A stretch of DNA of 64,000 bases from Bordetella parapertussis (GCA_945890495.1 CAMDCO010000004.1:16833-80832); one strand, 5' to 3'. Positions 51,377 through 63,199 are shown, counted from the first letter of the stretch. The notes: a model not told the origin generated them from the letters alone. Program-made: numbers and translations.

Positions 51377-54300
51377 ATGACTGATGCTTCACCCCTCTGC
51401 TTTCCGCCCCCCGGGCAACGGCTGTCCCTCCCCCTCCCGCCCGGTTCTGCCGATGCCGCCCTTATTGCCGACCTTCTGCGTCCAAAATCGGGACAGGGGG
51501 CACACCCGCGTCTCTTGGTGTTGACGGCCACGGCGGCCGATGCGCAACGGCTAGCCAATGAAATCGCCTGGTTCGCCCCCGGTCTAGCCGTGGGCCTTTT
51601 CCCCGACTGGGAAACCCTGCCCTATGATCCGATCTCACCCCATCCGGATCTGATCTCCGAGCGCTTGGCCGCCCTCTGGCGCAGTCTGCAGGGCGAACTG
51701 GACTGTCTGATCAGCCCGGTGGCAACGGCCATGCAACGGCTGGCACCCACCGCGTTTCTTTCTGCTCAGGCCTTCCTCTATAAACCCCGGGATCGCCTTG
51801 ATGCGGATGCCTTGCGGTCCCGCCTGATCGCGGCCGGCTATTGCGCGGTGAGTCAGGTCTATGGCCCAGGCGAGTTTGCCCTGCGCGGTGGGATCTTCGA
51901 CCTCTTTCCGACCGGTTCGGTACTGCCTTATCGCATCGAATTATTTGATGACGAAATCGAGTCGATTCGCACCTTCGATCCCGACACTCAGCGCACCCTG
52001 TACAAGGTGGGCGAGATGCGTTTATTGCCGGCGCGCGAGTTTCCCCTTGACGAGGCGGGGATTACAACCTTCCGGGCCAATTTTCGTGACCGTTTCGAAG
52101 GTGATCCTGCGCGTTCGCGGATGTACAAGGATATCTCGAACAAACTGGCCCCGGCCGGGATCGAATACGCCCTGCCCCTATTCTTTAGCGCGACCGCCAG
52201 CCTCATTGACTATGTGCCGTCTACGGTCGGGGTCGTCCTGCACGGCAACACCCATCGTGCTGCCGAGACCTTTTGGCATGAAGCGGGACAGCGCCATCAA
52301 CTCTTGTCGGGCGACCGTGAACGCCCCCTATTGCCGCCGACTGAGGTCTTTTGGGCGGTAGAACAACTCTTTGCCGCCCTGCAGTCACGGCCCCGAATCG
52401 AACTCACCGAGACCCTGAGCAGCGGACCTGCCTTGCCTTGGCAGCCCGCCCCGGCGGTACAGGCCGATCGTCGTGATGCCGCCCCCTACGCCCGTCTTCT
52501 AGCACACCTGCGTAGCTATCCGGGCACTACAGCGCTGGTGGCCGAGAGCCTAGGGCGCCGCGAAACGCTGGCCAACGCCCTGGCTGAACACGGTATTTCG
52601 ACGCTAGCCCAAGAAGGGCCCGTATCAGAACGGCCCCCGATCTCCGCTATGGGGGACGGTTCAGAGATCGGTACAAGCCCGGCGCTGATCCTGACCACCG
52701 GCCCCTTGGCGACCGGCTTTATCGACAGCCGATCGGGACTTTGCCTACTCACCGAGACCGAGTTGTACGCGCGCACGCCGCAGCAAGGCCGTGGTCGCGA
52801 GTCACGCAAAACACCCATTCAGGGGCTGATCCGCGATCTCTCCGAGCTCAAGCTGGGCGATCCGGTCGTACATACCGAGCATGGCATCGGCCGTTACCTG
52901 GGCCTGACCACCCTCAATCTAGGTGAGGGCGACGAGGAGTTGCTGCACCTGGAATACGCCAAGGGCGACAAGCTCTTTGTGCCGGTCGCCCATCTGCACC
53001 TCATCGCCCGCTACTTGGGCGCCGACCCGGAACACGCACCGCTACACGCCCTCGGCAGCCCACAATGGGAAAAGGCCAAGCGCCGCGCTCAAGAAAAGGC
53101 CCGCGATACCGCCGCTGAACTGCTCAACCTGTACGCCCTGCGCGCGGCGCGCGAGGGTTATCGTTTCGACTGGCGCGAGGCCGAAATGGCCACCTTCGCC
53201 GAGGGCTTTGGCTTTGACGAGACCCCGGATCAGGCCGCTGCCATCGAGGCCGTCCTGACCGACATGCGTTCCGGCCAGCCCATGGATCGACTGGTTTGTG
53301 GCGATGTCGGCTTCGGCAAGACCGAGGTCGCCCTGCGTGCGGCCTTTGCCGCCGTAGCCGACAACAAGCAGGTGATCGTCTTGTGTCCAACCACCCTGCT
53401 CGCCGAACAACATTTCCAGACCTTTTCTGATCGTTTTTCTGACTTGCCGGTGCGGATCGCCGAACTCTCGCGTTTCCGCTCCAGCAAGGAGATCAACGCG
53501 GCGTTGGCCGGGCTGGCCAAGGGCAGCGTCGATATTGTCATTGGCACCCACAAGCTGTTGCAACCGGATGTGCGCCTCGCCCGTCTGGGGCTGGTCATCA
53601 TCGATGAGGAACATCGTTTCGGGGTGCGCCAAAAGGAGGCCTTGCGCAGCCTGCGCGCCGAGGTCGATTGTCTGGCCCTCACCGCCACGCCCATCCCGCG
53701 CACCCTGGCCATGTCGCTGGAAGGCATCCGCGATTTTTCGGTCATCGCCACGGCGCCCTCAAGGCGGTTGGCGATCAAGACCTTTGTCCAACCCGAGTCA
53801 GATGGCCTGATCCGGGAAGCCGTCCTGCGCGAACTCAAACGCGGCGGGCAAATCTATTTCCTCCATAACGAGGTGGAGACCATCCTCGCCATGCGCGCCC
53901 GCCTGGAACAGTTGTTGCCGGAGGCGCGTATCGAGGTGGCGCACGGGCAGATGCCGGAACGCGAGCTGGAACATGTGATGCGCGACTTTTATCACCAGCG
54001 CTTCAACCTGTTGCTGTGCACCACCATCATCGAGACCGGCATCAATGTCCCAACCGCCAACACCATCCTCATGCATCGCGCCGATAAATTCGGTCTCGCC
54101 CAGTTACACCAATTGCGCGGCCGCGTGGGCCGCTCGCACCACCAGGCCTATGCCTACCTGCTAACGCCGCCCGGCGAGGCCAGCATCACGCGCCAGGCGC
54201 AAAAGCGGCTGGAGGCCATCTGCCAGATGGAAGAGCTAGGATCCGGTTTTCACCTGGCCATGCAAGATCTGGAGATTCGTGGCGCTGGTGAGGTCTTGGG

Positions 54301-54859
54301 CGAATCGCAAAGCGGCGAGATGCAGGAGGTCGGCTTCAACCTGTACAGCGACATGCTCAGCCAAGCGGTCGAGGCCCTCAAGTCCGGTCAGCAGCCCAAC
54401 ATGGACGCCCCGTTGGCGGTAACGGCCGAGATCAACCTGCACCTGCCAGCGCGTCTGCCCGAGCTCTATTGCAACGATGTGCACGAGCGGCTCGTCCTCT
54501 ACAAACGCCTCGCCAATAGCGCTGACCAAACCGCCCTGAATGCGATCCAGGAAGAAATGATTGACCGTTTTGGCCTGCTCCCGGAGCCGGCCGAGGTCTT
54601 GTTGGCCGCGCATCGCTTGCGGATCCGCATCCAGCCGCTGGGGATTCGCCGTCTGGATGCCAGCGAAACCGGGCTCGCGGTGCAATTTGTGCCCAAACCG
54701 CCCATTGACCCGATGCGCATCATCACCCTCATCCAGACCCGCCGTGACTGCAAGCTGGCCGGCCCCGACCGCATCCGCATCAGCCTCGCCTGTCCGGGTT
54801 TGCCGGAACGGCTGGCGGCTATAGAATCCCTCATCAAGGCCTTGTCATCAAAGCCTTGA
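51377..54859 (+). CDS. mfd: Transcription-repair coupling factor
   Basis: 1160 aa. Motifs GDVGFGKTEV, DEEHRFG, and the QLHQLRGRVGRS helicase motif. Confidence 0.95.
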   Translation: MTDASPLCFPPPGQRLSLPLPPGSADAALIADLLRPKSGQGAHPRLLVLTATAADAQRLANEIAWFAPGLAVGLFPDWETLPYDPISPHPDLISERLAALWRSLQGELDCLISPVATAMQRLAPTAFLSAQAFLYKPRDRLDADALRSRLIAAGYCAVSQVYGPGEFALRGGIFDLFPTGSVLPYRIELFDDEIESIRTFDPDTQRTLYKVGEMRLLPAREFPLDEAGITTFRANFRDRFEGDPARSRMYKDISNKLAPAGIEYALPLFFSATASLIDYVPSTVGVVLHGNTHRAAETFWHEAGQRHQLLSGDRERPLLPPTEVFWAVEQLFAALQSRPRIELTETLSSGPALPWQPAPAVQADRRDAAPYARLLAHLRSYPGTTALVAESLGRRETLANALAEHGISTLAQEGPVSERPPISAMGDGSEIGTSPALILTTGPLATGFIDSRSGLCLLTETELYARTPQQGRGRESRKTPIQGLIRDLSELKLGDPVVHTEHGIGRYLGLTTLNLGEGDEELLHLEYAKGDKLFVPVAHLHLIARYLGADPEHAPLHALGSPQWEKAKRRAQEKARDTAAELLNLYALRAAREGYRFDWREAEMATFAEGFGFDETPDQAAAIEAVLTDMRSGQPMDRLVCGDVGFGKTEVALRAAFAAVADNKQVIVLCPTTLLAEQHFQTFSDRFSDLPVRIAELSRFRSSKEINAALAGLAKGSVDIVIGTHKLLQPDVRLARLGLVIIDEEHRFGVRQKEALRSLRAEVDCLALTATPIPRTLAMSLEGIRDFSVIATAPSRRLAIKTFVQPESDGLIREAVLRELKRGGQIYFLHNEVETILAMRARLEQLLPEARIEVAHGQMPERELEHVMRDFYHQRFNLLLCTTIIETGINVPTANTILMHRADKFGLAQLHQLRGRVGRSHHQAYAYLLTPPGEASITRQAQKRLEAICQMEELGSGFHLAMQDLEIRGAGEVLGESQSGEMQEVGFNLYSDMLSQAVEALKSGQQPNMDAPLAVTAEINLHLPARLPELYCNDVHERLVLYKRLANSADQTALNAIQEEMIDRFGLLPEPAEVLLAAHRLRIRIQPLGIRRLDASETGLAVQFVPKPPIDPMRIITLIQTRRDCKLAGPDRIRISLACPGLPERLAAIESLIKALSSKP

Positions 54860-54891
54860 GTTAAGCCCCCGATCCCTTCATTGGAACCGCC

Positions 54892-55098
54892 ATGGAAACC
54901 CTGACCCTCAATATCTCCGGCATGACCTGCATGGGCTGTGCCAGCAGCGTCGAACGCAAACTCGCCGAGCAGCCGGGTGTCGCCAGTGCCCAAGTAGATC
55001 TCGGCGCGAGCCAGGCCGAGGTTCGCTTTGACCCACAACAAACCTCCCCAGACGCCCTCAAGCAAGCCCTGCGTGCGGCCGGTTGGGGCGTGGTCTGA
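54892..55098 (+). CDS. Heavy-metal-associated (HMA) domain protein, CopZ-like
   Basis: 68 aa with the GMTCMGC metal-binding motif. Confidence 0.85.
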   Translation: METLTLNISGMTCMGCASSVERKLAEQPGVASAQVDLGASQAEVRFDPQQTSPDALKQALRAAGWGVV

Positions 55099-55120
55099 CC
55101 CATCCCGGGGCCTATGCAGG

Positions 55121-55807
55121 CTACCAAGCGGGTAATTCTTTCTTGCTTTCCTTGATCAGGACATTCAGATAGCTGGCGTGGGCCTCCAACTCGGTGGGGC
55201 TAGGCTCAATCACCCGCCGCTGAATGCCGTCCACACCGGCGAGTTTGAAGGTCTGCGGAGCCATGACCACCGGATCGATGGCCAAGGTTTCCTGGCCACG
55301 CGTCATCGCCAGCCAGACCTCGGCGAGAAGTTCAGAGTCCAGCAAGGCACCGTGAAATTTGCGCCCCGAGTTATCCACATCATAGCGGCGGCATAGGGCA
55401 TCGAGATTGTTCTTTTGCCCAGGGTGAAGCTGCCGCGCCATCTTCAGGGTATCGGTCACGCCCTGCGTACACGCAGACAGGTCGCTCCGATCGAGGCGAC
55501 CCAGTTCGGCGTTTAGAAAACCCAGGTCGAACGGGGCGTTGTGGATAATCAGCTCGGCCGCATCCACAAAGGCCAGGAAGGCATCCACCTGTTCGGCAAA
55601 GCTCGGTTTGTCCGCGAGAAACTCATTGGACAGGCCATGCACGGCCTGGGCCCCAGGATCGACCGCACGCCCCGGGTTGAGGTAGACATGGTAGATGCGG
55701 CCGGTCGGCCGCCGATCGACCATCTCGATCGCGCCAATCTCGATGACACGATGTCCCAGAGCCGGGTCAAGCCCGGTGGTTTCGGTATCCAGAACGATAC
55801 GGCGCAT
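55121..55807 (-). CDS. dnaQ: DNA polymerase III epsilon subunit (3'-5' exonuclease)
   Basis: Motifs VLDTETTGL, IHNAPFDLGFL, HGALLDSELL. Has a 1-nt TGATG overlap with rnhA. Confidence 0.9.
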   Translation of the reverse strand: MRRIVLDTETTGLDPALGHRVIEIGAIEMVDRRPTGRIYHVYLNPGRAVDPGAQAVHGLSNEFLADKPSFAEQVDAFLAFVDAAELIIHNAPFDLGFLNAELGRLDRSDLSACTQGVTDTLKMARQLHPGQKNNLDALCRRYDVDNSGRKFHGALLDSELLAEVWLAMTRGQETLAIDPVVMAPQTFKLAGVDGIQRRVIEPSPTELEAHASYLNVLIKESKKELPAW

Positions 55808-56262
55808 CAGGACACCTGCCCTGACAAAACACCCTGATTCGCGAGCCGGTCGGCCGCCTCGTTACCGGGATGGCCCGCGTGCCCCTTGACCCAGTGCCAA
55901 GTGATCCCCTGTCCGGTCACGGACGCGTCAAGGCGTTGCCAAAGGTCCTGATTCTTGACCGGCTGGCCGGCAGCCGTGCGCCAGCCCCGCCGTTTCCAGC
56001 CATGAATCCACTCAGAAATGCCCTTCTGGACATATTGCGAGTCGGTATGGACATGAATCTCACAACGCCGTGTCAGGGCCGCCAAGCCCTCAATCACCGC
56101 AAGAAGCTCCATTCGGTTGTTGGTCGTATTGGCCTCGCCGCCACAGAGTTCGCGGCGATGCTCGCCGTACTGCAAGAGCACGCCCCAGCCACCCGGCCCC
56201 GGGTTGCCCTTGCATGACCCGTCGGTGTACATGTCCACGCGCCCGCTGATCGTCGTCGTCAT
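55807..56262 (-). CDS. rnhA: Ribonuclease HI
   Basis: From [27 protein letters not shown]...TTNNRMEL...[11 protein letters not shown]. Confidence 0.95.
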   Translation of the reverse strand: MTTTISGRVDMYTDGSCKGNPGPGGWGVLLQYGEHRRELCGGEANTTNNRMELLAVIEGLAALTRRCEIHVHTDSQYVQKGISEWIHGWKRRGWRTAAGQPVKNQDLWQRLDASVTGQGITWHWVKGHAGHPGNEAADRLANQGVLSGQVS

Positions 56263-56269
56263 TTCCGTA

Positions 56270-57082
56270 TCAATTATTTCCGTAAGGATCATCGCTCGCA
56301 TTCTTCATCGGTTGATTCTGCTGTATCGGCCCGGCGCCGGGCGCCAACACCGCTTGGCCCTGCCAGGCCGGGCTGCGACGCGGAGCGATGAGACGCACCC
56401 CAGTCACCCGCTTGACCGCATGCAGCATATACACGCCTCCGCCCAAGGCCCACCAACGGTCGCCGGCCGACTCCAGACAGCGAAACCGTTGTGGCCAGCC
56501 GATACGGTTGATCGGCGGCGCATAACAGCCCATACGCCCGGCCACAATCTCAAATCCTAACAAGGCCAGCCAGTCCTTGACCCGCGCCAGACGCAAAAAC
56601 TGACCCCTCCAAGGCTCCCCCTTTGTATGCAGCAGGCGACGCAGCCCCCAGAGGCTAGCCGGATTAAAACCCGTAATCAGCACGCGACCTTCAGGACGCA
56701 AGACCCGTTCCACCTCACGCAGGACCTGATGCGGATAGGCGGAAAACTCCAGCACATGCGGGCAGACGACCAAATCCAGGCTCTGCGTCGCAAACGGCAG
56801 CATTTCAGCTTGGCCATGAATCGCCCCAGCGTGATGATCCAAGCAAAATCGCTGCGGCATGCGATTGGCAGAAAGGGTATCCATAGCAGGAAGACCGATC
56901 TGTAACGCGTTGAATCCAAATAGGTCTGTTGTAGTGTTATCAAACCAGCGTTGCTCGCAGTCACGCGCATAGCGACCCAAGGGGCTATCCAGCCAGGGGA
57001 CGATTGTAGTTGACGCTGACAGAAGGGCTTGTTCCAATCCAGTTATGCTCCAGCTCGAGTCGATTGCCATCCTGTCCGACAA
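56270..57082 (-). CDS. Class I SAM-dependent methyltransferase (YafS-like position between gloB and rnhA)
   Basis: Methyltransferase-fold segments ([12 protein letters not shown]...[14 protein letters not shown]). The start is uncertain: ATG 57082/57070 would overlap the gloB 5' end; TTG 57037 would not. Confidence 0.75.
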   Translation of the reverse strand: MSDRMAIDSSWSITGLEQALLSASTTIVPWLDSPLGRYARDCEQRWFDNTTTDLFGFNALQIGLPAMDTLSANRMPQRFCLDHHAGAIHGQAEMLPFATQSLDLVVCPHVLEFSAYPHQVLREVERVLRPEGRVLITGFNPASLWGLRRLLHTKGEPWRGQFLRLARVKDWLALLGFEIVAGRMGCYAPPINRIGWPQRFRCLESAGDRWWALGGGVYMLHAVKRVTGVRLIAPRRSPAWQGQAVLAPGAGPIQQNQPMKNASDDPYGNN

Positions 57083-57782
57083 TTATGTTTGGGCCCTGCA
57101 CGATCAACGGTCATGCATCGTAGTGGACCCTGGCACGGCGGCGCCCATTCTAGCGTGGTTGACCGAACGGCGCTTGCCGCTTGCGGGGATCCTCCTCACC
57201 CACCATCACCCCGATCACTGCGCTGGCTTGGCGGGGCTCCCTGAGGTGCCGATCTACGGCCCGGCGCACCCTACCCTGCCCGCTCGCGTCCAGGCGGTTA
57301 GCGATGGCGAAGCGCTTTTATTCCCGGAACTGGCCCTGGAGGTCAAGGTCATCGCCACCCCCGGACATACCCTGACCCACCTCTGTTTCCACACTCAGGG
57401 CATCCTGTTTTGCGGCGACACCCTGTTTTCCTGTGGCTGCGGTCGTCTGTTCGAGGGCACGCCAGCCCAGATGCTCGCCAGCCTGGAGCGCCTAGCCGCG
57501 CTGCCGGAAGCAACCCGGGTCTGCCCGGCACACGAATACACCCTCGCCAACCTGGCCTTCGCCCGTGATCTGGAGCCCGAACATCGGGCCCTGCGGGAAT
57601 GGGAGAACGAGGCCCGCGCCGTGCGCCGCCGTGGTCAGCCGACCCTGCCCGTTCGCCTGGGTGACGAAAAGCGCCGAAACCCTTTTTTGCGCTGTCATGA
57701 ACCGGAGCTACAAAGCCTCCTAGGCAGCATGGATACGCTGTCCGCCTTCACCACCTTGCGGGCGCAAAAGGACCTTTATTAG
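57045..57782 (+). CDS. gloB: Hydroxyacylglutathione hydrolase (glyoxalase II)
   Basis: Motifs DNYVWAL, THHHPDHCAG, and the metallo-beta-lactamase fold. 245 aa. Confidence 0.95.
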   Translation: MLQLESIAILSDNYVWALHDQRSCIVVDPGTAAPILAWLTERRLPLAGILLTHHHPDHCAGLAGLPEVPIYGPAHPTLPARVQAVSDGEALLFPELALEVKVIATPGHTLTHLCFHTQGILFCGDTLFSCGCGRLFEGTPAQMLASLERLAALPEATRVCPAHEYTLANLAFARDLEPEHRALREWENEARAVRRRGQPTLPVRLGDEKRRNPFLRCHEPELQSLLGSMDTLSAFTTLRAQKDLY

Positions 57783-57851
57783 GCCTTACCTGCGTGGAGG
57801 AACACAGAAATGAAAAAAGCGCCTCGAAAGGCGCTTTTGTCTGAAAGTTGG
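57731..57851 (+). repeat. Island-flanking direct repeat, left copy (gloB 3' end plus terminator plus TGG)
   Basis: This 121 bp repeats at 60033-60165, differing by one mismatch and a 12-bp indel. Confidence 0.9.
57812..57840. terminator. Stem-loop terminator (duplicated copy) downstream of gloB
   Basis: AAGCGCCT-CGAA-AGGCGCTT flanked by an A-run and a T-run. Confidence 0.6.
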
Positions 57852-58160
57852 ATATTCCGCTTCACGTTGTCGGTCAAGCAGCGCGAGATGGGGTTGGACG
57901 CGGTGCATACCGTCAATCTGACCGAGGCGCGGGCGAAGGCGAAGGAATGCCGGCAGTTGCTGCTTGAGGGCAAAGACCCGCTCGACGCGCGGCGGTCGAT
58001 CAAGCAGGCCGAGGCGGTGGAACGCGCCCTCGAATTCACGATCCTCCCGCCGCCCGTTCCGGCGAAGTGCTCGGTGCTACCTGGACGGAAATCGACCTCG
58101 ATGCCGACCTGTGGGTCGTGCCGGCCGAGCGCATCAAGATGGACAAGGAACATCGCGTGC
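57850..58160 (+). pseudogene. P4-like tyrosine integrase remnant (5'-truncated, internal deletion, frameshift, 3'-truncated)
   Basis: WIFRFTLSVKQREMGLDAVHTVNLTEARAKAKECRQLLLEGKDPLDARR is an integrase N-terminal arm-type region. It is then joined to ALEFTIL / (frameshift) SGEVLGATWTEIDLDADLWVVPAERIKMDKEHRV. Confidence 0.75.
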
Positions 58161-59141
58161 GGCCATCGCGTTGATCTCCTTTTCCAGCGCCCGCAAAGTC
58201 TCCAGAATCTCGCCGAACGCCGGCACCGCGCCGAAGATCATGTTCGTCATGGCCCGGTAATCGGCCTCGACCGCCGCCAGTACAGCGCCGTCCGGCACCA
58301 GGCGCAAACTGCCGGGCACCGCCAAGTCGTAGCGTGCCCAACCGCGCGGGTAGAAGCGCTGCTTGAACGCCACCACATCCGCCAGCAACTCCAGATTCGC
58401 CAGAGCGGCATCCTTCACCGGCGCGGCCGCCATCCGGGCCAGATCGTAATAGTGCCGCGAGTAGCGCGGTGGCTGCGGATTGCCCTCGGGCCGGTGTGCC
58501 TCGTGATGCAGGATGGTTGCCTTCTCCCAGAACGTCCGCTCGGCCTTGATGACGCGCACCGCGCATTCCCGCCGCGCGAAAACCTGCGGAAACTGCTCGG
58601 CGGCATAGCTGACGATCACCCTATCCTCATGCGGCAGCCAGGCCGCCAACGGCCCAATCTCCAGGCGCAATTCGGGACGCAGATAACGGTCGGGGAAAGA
58701 GGCCGGATAGCGAATCTCGAGCACATGCGGATCATCCGACGCAATGGCGCACTGGCACAACTCGCCGAGCGCGCCCGCGATGTGCGTCAGCAATTTCCCA
58801 CCGATAAAGGCTTGCGCCTGCTCGTTGATCACCGCATTCAGCTTTTCCTGCTTGGCCTTGGTGCGCTCGGCCAACGGGTCTTCGCCGGACAACGTGCGCC
58901 AATCCAGAATTAGGTCGATGTCCTCGGAAAACCGCTCGATCAGCCGATAGGCTTTCGACAAACTGGTACCGCCCTTGAACATCAGCAGGCGCGCCAACTC
59001 GGCATCGGCGAACAGGCGGTCCAGCACCCAAGTCACCCAGAAGTCCTTTTCCGCCACCGCTGGCGTCGTCTTCATCTTCGCGGCGGTTTCCGCAAACAGG
59101 GCCGAACGTTCGGCAGCCGGCAGGCTTGCGACGCGATCCAT
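58134..59141 (-). CDS. Nucleotidyltransferase AbiEii/AbiGii-family toxin (type IV TA)
   Basis: 335 aa from MDRVASLPAAERSALF...EKDFWVTWVLDRLF...LMFKGGTSLSKAY..IERFSEDIDL, the characteristic AbiEii/DUF1814 N-terminal motifs. TGATG overlap with the upstream gene. Confidence 0.8.
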   Translation of the reverse strand: MDRVASLPAAERSALFAETAAKMKTTPAVAEKDFWVTWVLDRLFADAELARLLMFKGGTSLSKAYRLIERFSEDIDLILDWRTLSGEDPLAERTKAKQEKLNAVINEQAQAFIGGKLLTHIAGALGELCQCAIASDDPHVLEIRYPASFPDRYLRPELRLEIGPLAAWLPHEDRVIVSYAAEQFPQVFARRECAVRVIKAERTFWEKATILHHEAHRPEGNPQPPRYSRHYYDLARMAAAPVKDAALANLELLADVVAFKQRFYPRGWARYDLAVPGSLRLVPDGAVLAAVEADYRAMTNMIFGAVPAFGEILETLRALEKEINAMAARDVPCPS

Positions 59142-59755
59142 CAGCCAGTCTCCCCATTCTCTTGGCAAATCTGCTTGATGATTTCGTAAATCCAGCCCGT
59201 GACCATGCGCGTATCGCGCAGCAAACGCGTGCGTAATTTCGGATCAAGCCACTGGCGCAGCTTTTCAACCACGGCGGCGTCGACATGTTCCTTGCCCAGC
59301 GCCTTGATCGCTGGCACCAGCAAGCCGCCCTCGCGCAAGGTAAAGCCGGTGTCCTTCAAGGCGGATTGGCGGAAGGCCAATTCCTGCCCGCCAATCGTGT
59401 AACGCCGAGTGGGGCCGTCGGAGAGGTACAGCCATTTCCCCGGCACCTGTGTCGAGATCCCGAGCAGATTCAGCGCCGTGTCACCCGAAGGCTGAATACG
59501 CCAGTTGAACTTGCGCGCCAGCGCCTGCGCCACCTGGTCGATGTCCGGGCTCAACTGCCCCAGCAACTCGCTCTGGCGCGGGTAGTCATACACCCCCACG
59601 CACACGCGGCGAATCGTCCCTGCCTTGGTCAGCGCAGAGAGTGCCTTGTGGATGTTGGCCTCGCCAAAATCGGCGACAAAGTCTGTCTTGGTGAAGGCCC
59701 AACCCCTACCACGCCCATAGATACGTGAAAGTATCTTTTGTTCAATAGGTTGCAT
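59141..59755 (-). CDS. AbiEi-like antitoxin / transcriptional regulator partner of AbiEii
   Basis: 204 aa from MQPIEQKILSRIYGRGRGWAFTKTDF..., winged-helix-like N-terminus. Translationally coupled to the AbiEii gene. The longer ORF to 59944 is unlikely. Confidence 0.7.
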   Translation of the reverse strand: MQPIEQKILSRIYGRGRGWAFTKTDFVADFGEANIHKALSALTKAGTIRRVCVGVYDYPRQSELLGQLSPDIDQVAQALARKFNWRIQPSGDTALNLLGISTQVPGKWLYLSDGPTRRYTIGGQELAFRQSALKDTGFTLREGGLLVPAIKALGKEHVDAAVVEKLRQWLDPKLRTRLLRDTRMVTGWIYEIIKQICQENGETG

Positions 59756-60032
59756 TAACGTACCAGAGAGTATTTTTTCAGGAGAATAAGCTAGTTTTCC
59801 GGAAAATAACACGCTTGGAATGGGCGCGCCAGAGAAACCTTTGGATGGCAATGAACAACCAACCAATTGATCGCATCGCTTACGGCGCAAGCCGTCCGTC
59901 GAACGGGGGAAACCTTGGCGACACAACCTGTCGAGTCGGAACATTGACCGAGCAGCCCAGCGGCCACCGTCGAGTGGCCGTTGTTATTTTGAAGCTGCGC
60001 CGCAAGACTTCTGAGCGCTTCTTGGGCGGTAC

Positions 60033-60165
60033 GGATACGCTGTCCGCCTTCACCACCTTGCGGGCGCAAAAGGACCTTTATTAGGCCTTGCCTGCGTAAC
60101 GGAGTAGCGGGAGGAACACAGAAATGAAAAAAGCGCCTCGAAAGGCGCTTTTGTCTGAAAGTTGG
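60033..60165 (+). repeat. Island-flanking direct repeat, right copy (orphan gloB 3'-end copy plus terminator, overlapping the CCA end of tRNA-Asp)
   Basis: Encodes ...DTLSAFTTLRAQKDLY-stop, identical to the GloB C-terminus. Its last 3 nt (TGG) are the 3' CCA of tRNA-Asp. Confidence 0.9.
60124..60154 (-). terminator. Rho-independent terminator downstream of tRNA-Asp
   Basis: AAGCGCCT-TTCG-AGGCGCTT followed by TTTTTTCA on the minus strand. Confidence 0.7.
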
Positions 60166-60239
60166 CGGAGTGGACGGGACTCGAACCCGCGACCCCCGGC
60201 GTGACAGGCCGGTATTCTAACCAACTGAACTACCACTCC
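60163..60239 (-). tRNA. tRNA-Asp (GTC)
   Basis: The reverse complement is GGAGTGGTAGTTCAGTTGGTTAGAATACCGGCCTGTCACGCCGGGGGTCGCGGGTTCGAGTCCCGTCCACTCCGCCA. Acceptor stem GGAGTGG/CCACTCC, anticodon loop CTGTCAC. Confidence 0.95.
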
Positions 60240-60254
60240 AAATGCATTTTTCGT

Positions 60255-60330
60255 TGGTGGGTGCTGACGGTCTCGAACCGCCGACATTCTGCGTGTAAGG
60301 CAGACGCTCTACCAACTGAGCTAAGCACCC
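60255..60330 (-). tRNA. tRNA-Val (TAC)
   Basis: The reverse complement is GGGTGCTTAGCTCAGTTGGTAGAGCGTCTGCCTTACACGCAGAATGTCGGCGGTTCGAGACCGTCAGCACCCACCA. Acceptor stem GGGTGCT/AGCACCC, anticodon loop CTTACAC. Confidence 0.95.
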
Positions 60331-60382
60331 GCGAAAGTCCAACATTATATGTCGATTTTCGCTCAATGCCAAGCAATGAACG

Positions 60383-60655
60383 CTAGTTTACTCCATCCTT
60401 GAGCGCCTTGCCAGCCCTAAATTTAGGGACTTTTGCGGCCTTGATGGTGATCGACTCCCCGGTGCGCGGGTTGCGGCCCGTACGGGCGGCGCGTTTGCCT
60501 ACATAAAAGCTGCCAAAACCCACCAAAGTCACCATATCACCCTTCTTAAGGGCCTTGGTCACCGCTTCCATGGCCGCATCCAAAGCGCGGCCCGCAGCGG
60601 CCTTGGAAATATCCGCCTCGGTGGCAATCGCTTCAATCAATTCAGTTTTGTTCAT
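60383..60655 (-). CDS. hupB: DNA-binding protein HU-beta
   Basis: 90 aa: [11 protein letters not shown]...[22 protein letters not shown]. Confidence 0.95.
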   Translation of the reverse strand: MNKTELIEAIATEADISKAAAGRALDAAMEAVTKALKKGDMVTLVGFGSFYVGKRAARTGRNPRTGESITIKAAKVPKFRAGKALKDGVN

Positions 60656-60787
60656 GTGTCATCCTCTGTGAGTATCAATCAAAACCACTAAAAACAATGC
60701 CCCCCCCTCATTTATAGCATAGCCCTATCAATGGAATATTACGGGTATGTTACCCACCCCATTTAGCGCTAGCAAATGAGTACCTGT

Positions 60788-63199
<2,412 letters not shown>

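Larger units (their letters stand above)
57852..60032. mobile_element. Degenerate integrative island: integrase remnant plus AbiEi/AbiEii-type TA pair
   Basis: 2.2 kb bounded by 121/133-bp direct repeats next to tRNA-Asp. Contains P4-type integrase fragments and a type IV TA cassette. Confidence 0.75.

Noticed and set aside
59962-59990. Hairpin GGCCAC-CGTCGA-GTGGCC followed by GTTGTTATTTT in the island's right part
   Set aside because: It has a 6-bp stem and an interrupted T-tract. No upstream gene on that strand needs a terminator. It may be a remnant of deleted island DNA, but the support is insufficient.
59815-60084. 89-aa ORF ending in ...DTLSAFTTLRAQKDLY
   Set aside because: It is a chimeric frame created by the duplicated gloB 3' end (right direct repeat). 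The upstream part has no recognisable motifs or start context. It was treated as a by-product of the duplication.
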